Shown here: one piece after another, positions 43,964 to 45,488 of the stretch | Numbering within the stretch: position 1 is the stretch's first letter | Layout of the letters: each line of letters opens with the position of its first letter | From: Candidatus Geohabitans tengchongensis | Lineage (GTDB): Bacteria > Sysuimicrobiota > Sysuimicrobiia > Sysuimicrobiales > Humicultoraceae | Direction of reading: 5' to 3' | NCBI GenBank assembly: GCA_031459625.1 | Contig: JAVKIH010000019.1 | Coordinates: 1-45,488, forward strand | DNA: 45,488 nt | Position numbers and translations under genes: made by a program | Notes under the pieces: model-generated | Seen by the model: only the letters and a program-made list of their open reading frames with translations | Database searches by the model: none | What the model was told of the DNA's origin: nothing

Positions 43964-45184
43964 ATGAGGCGGGTGGGGAGGATGACGCGCGTGGTCGTGC
44001 TGCTCCTGGTTGCGGTGGTGACGCTGGGGCTCTGGCCCGCCGGCGGGGCGGCCGCGCCGGCGGGCGCCGTGCGGCTCGGCGCGGTCATCCCGCTGACGGG
44101 GCGCTTCGCCAGCGGAGGGGCGCAGGTGCGCGCCGGCTACGAGATCGCCGTGGAGGACATCAACCGCCGGGGCGGGGTGCGGGTGGGCCAGCAGCGCCTG
44201 CCGCTCGAGCTGGTCATCCTCGACGACGAGTCCGATCCCACCAAGACGGTGAGCCGCCTGGAGGCCCTGGCCGGGCAGGGCGTGGTGGTCTACCTGGGCG
44301 GCTTCGGCAGCGACCTGCACGCGGCGGCCGCGGCGGTGGCGGAGAAGAACCGCATCCCCTACTGCGGCGTGGCCTTCGCCCTGTACAGCATCCACCAGCA
44401 GGGGTTCAAGTTCCTCTTCTCCCCCTTCTTCAAGTCGCCCGACGCCGCCGTGGGCATCTACCGGTTCCTCAACGCCACCGTGCCCGCCGACCAGCGGCCG
44501 CGCCGGGTGGCCATCTTCGCCGAGCGCACTGACTGGGGCCGCGAGCTGGCCCGCCTGTGGACGGCCCGCTCGGCCGAGCACGGCTACACGATCGTGCTCA
44601 GCGCGGAGTACGCCGTCGGCTCGCGCGACTTCTCGGACATCATCCTGCGCGCCAAGGCGGCGCAGGCAGACGCGGTCTTCTCCGTGCCCACGCCGCCGGA
44701 CGGGATCGCGCTGGTCCGCCAGATGAAGGAGCTGGACTTCAACCCCAAGGTCCTGCTGATGATCCGCGCGCCCGACGCGGTCTCGTGGACCCAGGCGCTG
44801 GGCAAGGACGGCGACTACGTCCTCTTGGCGCCGGGGTGGCACCACGACTTCAAGTTCCCCGGGGTGGCCGAACTGAACGCCCGGCACCAGCAGCGCTTCG
44901 GCCGCCCGGCCGACGTTATCACCGGCCCCGCCTACGCCTGCGTGCAGATCGTGGCGGACGCGGTCCAGCGCGCCGGTCGCCTGGACCCGGTGGCCATCCG
45001 GGACGCCATGGCCGCCACCGACCTGCAGACGGTGGCGGGGCGGGTGCGCTTCCGGCCCGACGGGACGGGGATCGTCCCCTTCGTGCTCGTGCAGTGGCAG
45101 AACGGCCGCCAGGAGCTGGTGTGGCCGAAGGAGCTGGGGGCCAAGCCCTTCCTCTACCCGGCCCGCCCCTGGCGCGAACGGTAG
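43964..45184 (+). CDS. Branched-chain amino acid ABC substrate-binding protein (LivJ-like)
   Basis: RLGAVIPLTG, DINRRGGV, DDESDP, DFS, VQWQNG; start could be 43949, 43964 or 43982. Confidence 0.92.
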   Translation: MRRVGRMTRVVVLLLVAVVTLGLWPAGGAAAPAGAVRLGAVIPLTGRFASGGAQVRAGYEIAVEDINRRGGVRVGQQRLPLELVILDDESDPTKTVSRLEALAGQGVVVYLGGFGSDLHAAAAAVAEKNRIPYCGVAFALYSIHQQGFKFLFSPFFKSPDAAVGIYRFLNATVPADQRPRRVAIFAERTDWGRELARLWTARSAEHGYTIVLSAEYAVGSRDFSDIILRAKAAQADAVFSVPTPPDGIALVRQMKELDFNPKVLLMIRAPDAVSWTQALGKDGDYVLLAPGWHHDFKFPGVAELNARHQQRFGRPADVITGPAYACVQIVADAVQRAGRLDPVAIRDAMAATDLQTVAGRVRFRPDGTGIVPFVLVQWQNGRQELVWPKELGAKPFLYPARPWRER

Positions 45185-45288
45185 GCGGGGGGTGAGGCGC
45201 GCCAGCCGGTTCGACCGCCTGCGCTGGACCTGAGCGGGCGGCGCCGCTATCTTCCTGGCCGGGGGCCGGTCCCGGGCCCCCGGTCCGT

Positions 45289-45488
45289 ATGCGTGAAAGT
45301 CGCCCCGGTCCCTTGCCGCCCGGCAACCACCTCGGCGCCCCGCCGCCCAGTGCCTTCACGCCCCGCGAGTGGGCCATCATCCAGCGCCACCGGACCCCCG
45401 AGCGGGTGCAGCGCTGGCTGCGCACCCTGCGCTACAACTACGAGGGGCCGGGGAAGACGCTGCGCTCCTTCCGGGAGGTGGTGCGCCT
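45289..45488 (+). CDS. Hypothetical protein, N-terminal part (runs off the right edge)
   Basis: Open frame ...FTPREWAIIQRHRTPERVQRWLRTLRYNYEGPGKTLRSFREVVR with GC3 bias; start uncertain. Confidence 0.6.
   Translation, partial: MRESRPGPLPPGNHLGAPPPSAFTPREWAIIQRHRTPERVQRWLRTLRYNYEGPGKTLRSFREVVR

Overview
High-GC bacterial chromosomal segment, probably from a diderm (it encodes a beta-barrel-like protein ending in Phe). Left to right: (i) a visibly lower-GC catabolic/ABC-uptake cluster (DeoR regulator, LLM oxidoreductase, family-5 SBP, SnoaL-like protein, hydrolase, eIF2B-like isomerase, BtpA, DppB) beside the 3' end of tRNA-Gly(CCC); (ii) a long minus-strand run of sugar ABC transporter, GH20, esterase, DUF4127-GrpB fusion, HD hydrolase, FAD oxidoreductase, glyA, GHMP kinase and stand-alone CoaB; (iii) Hsp20, a PP-loop enzyme behind tRNA-Ser(TGA), and P5C dehydrogenase; (iv) an orphan Phd antitoxin, a Ski2-like helicase, then the main finding, a bacterial gasdermin (28136-28936). 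No protease is recognisable nearby; instead it is coupled by 4-bp overlaps to a hidden 2-TM protein and a membrane-anchored metallophosphoesterase, followed by a cold-shock protein and a cyclase-STAND-TPR protein; (v) tRNA-Ala with a Phd/VapC toxin-antitoxin pair, an SsuA/TauA-type ABC operon with a candidate Cys leader peptide, YbaK, SDR, CopB-type ATPase, a 24-aa membrane peptide and a LivJ-type SBP. All family calls come from motif reading and recall; no searches were run.
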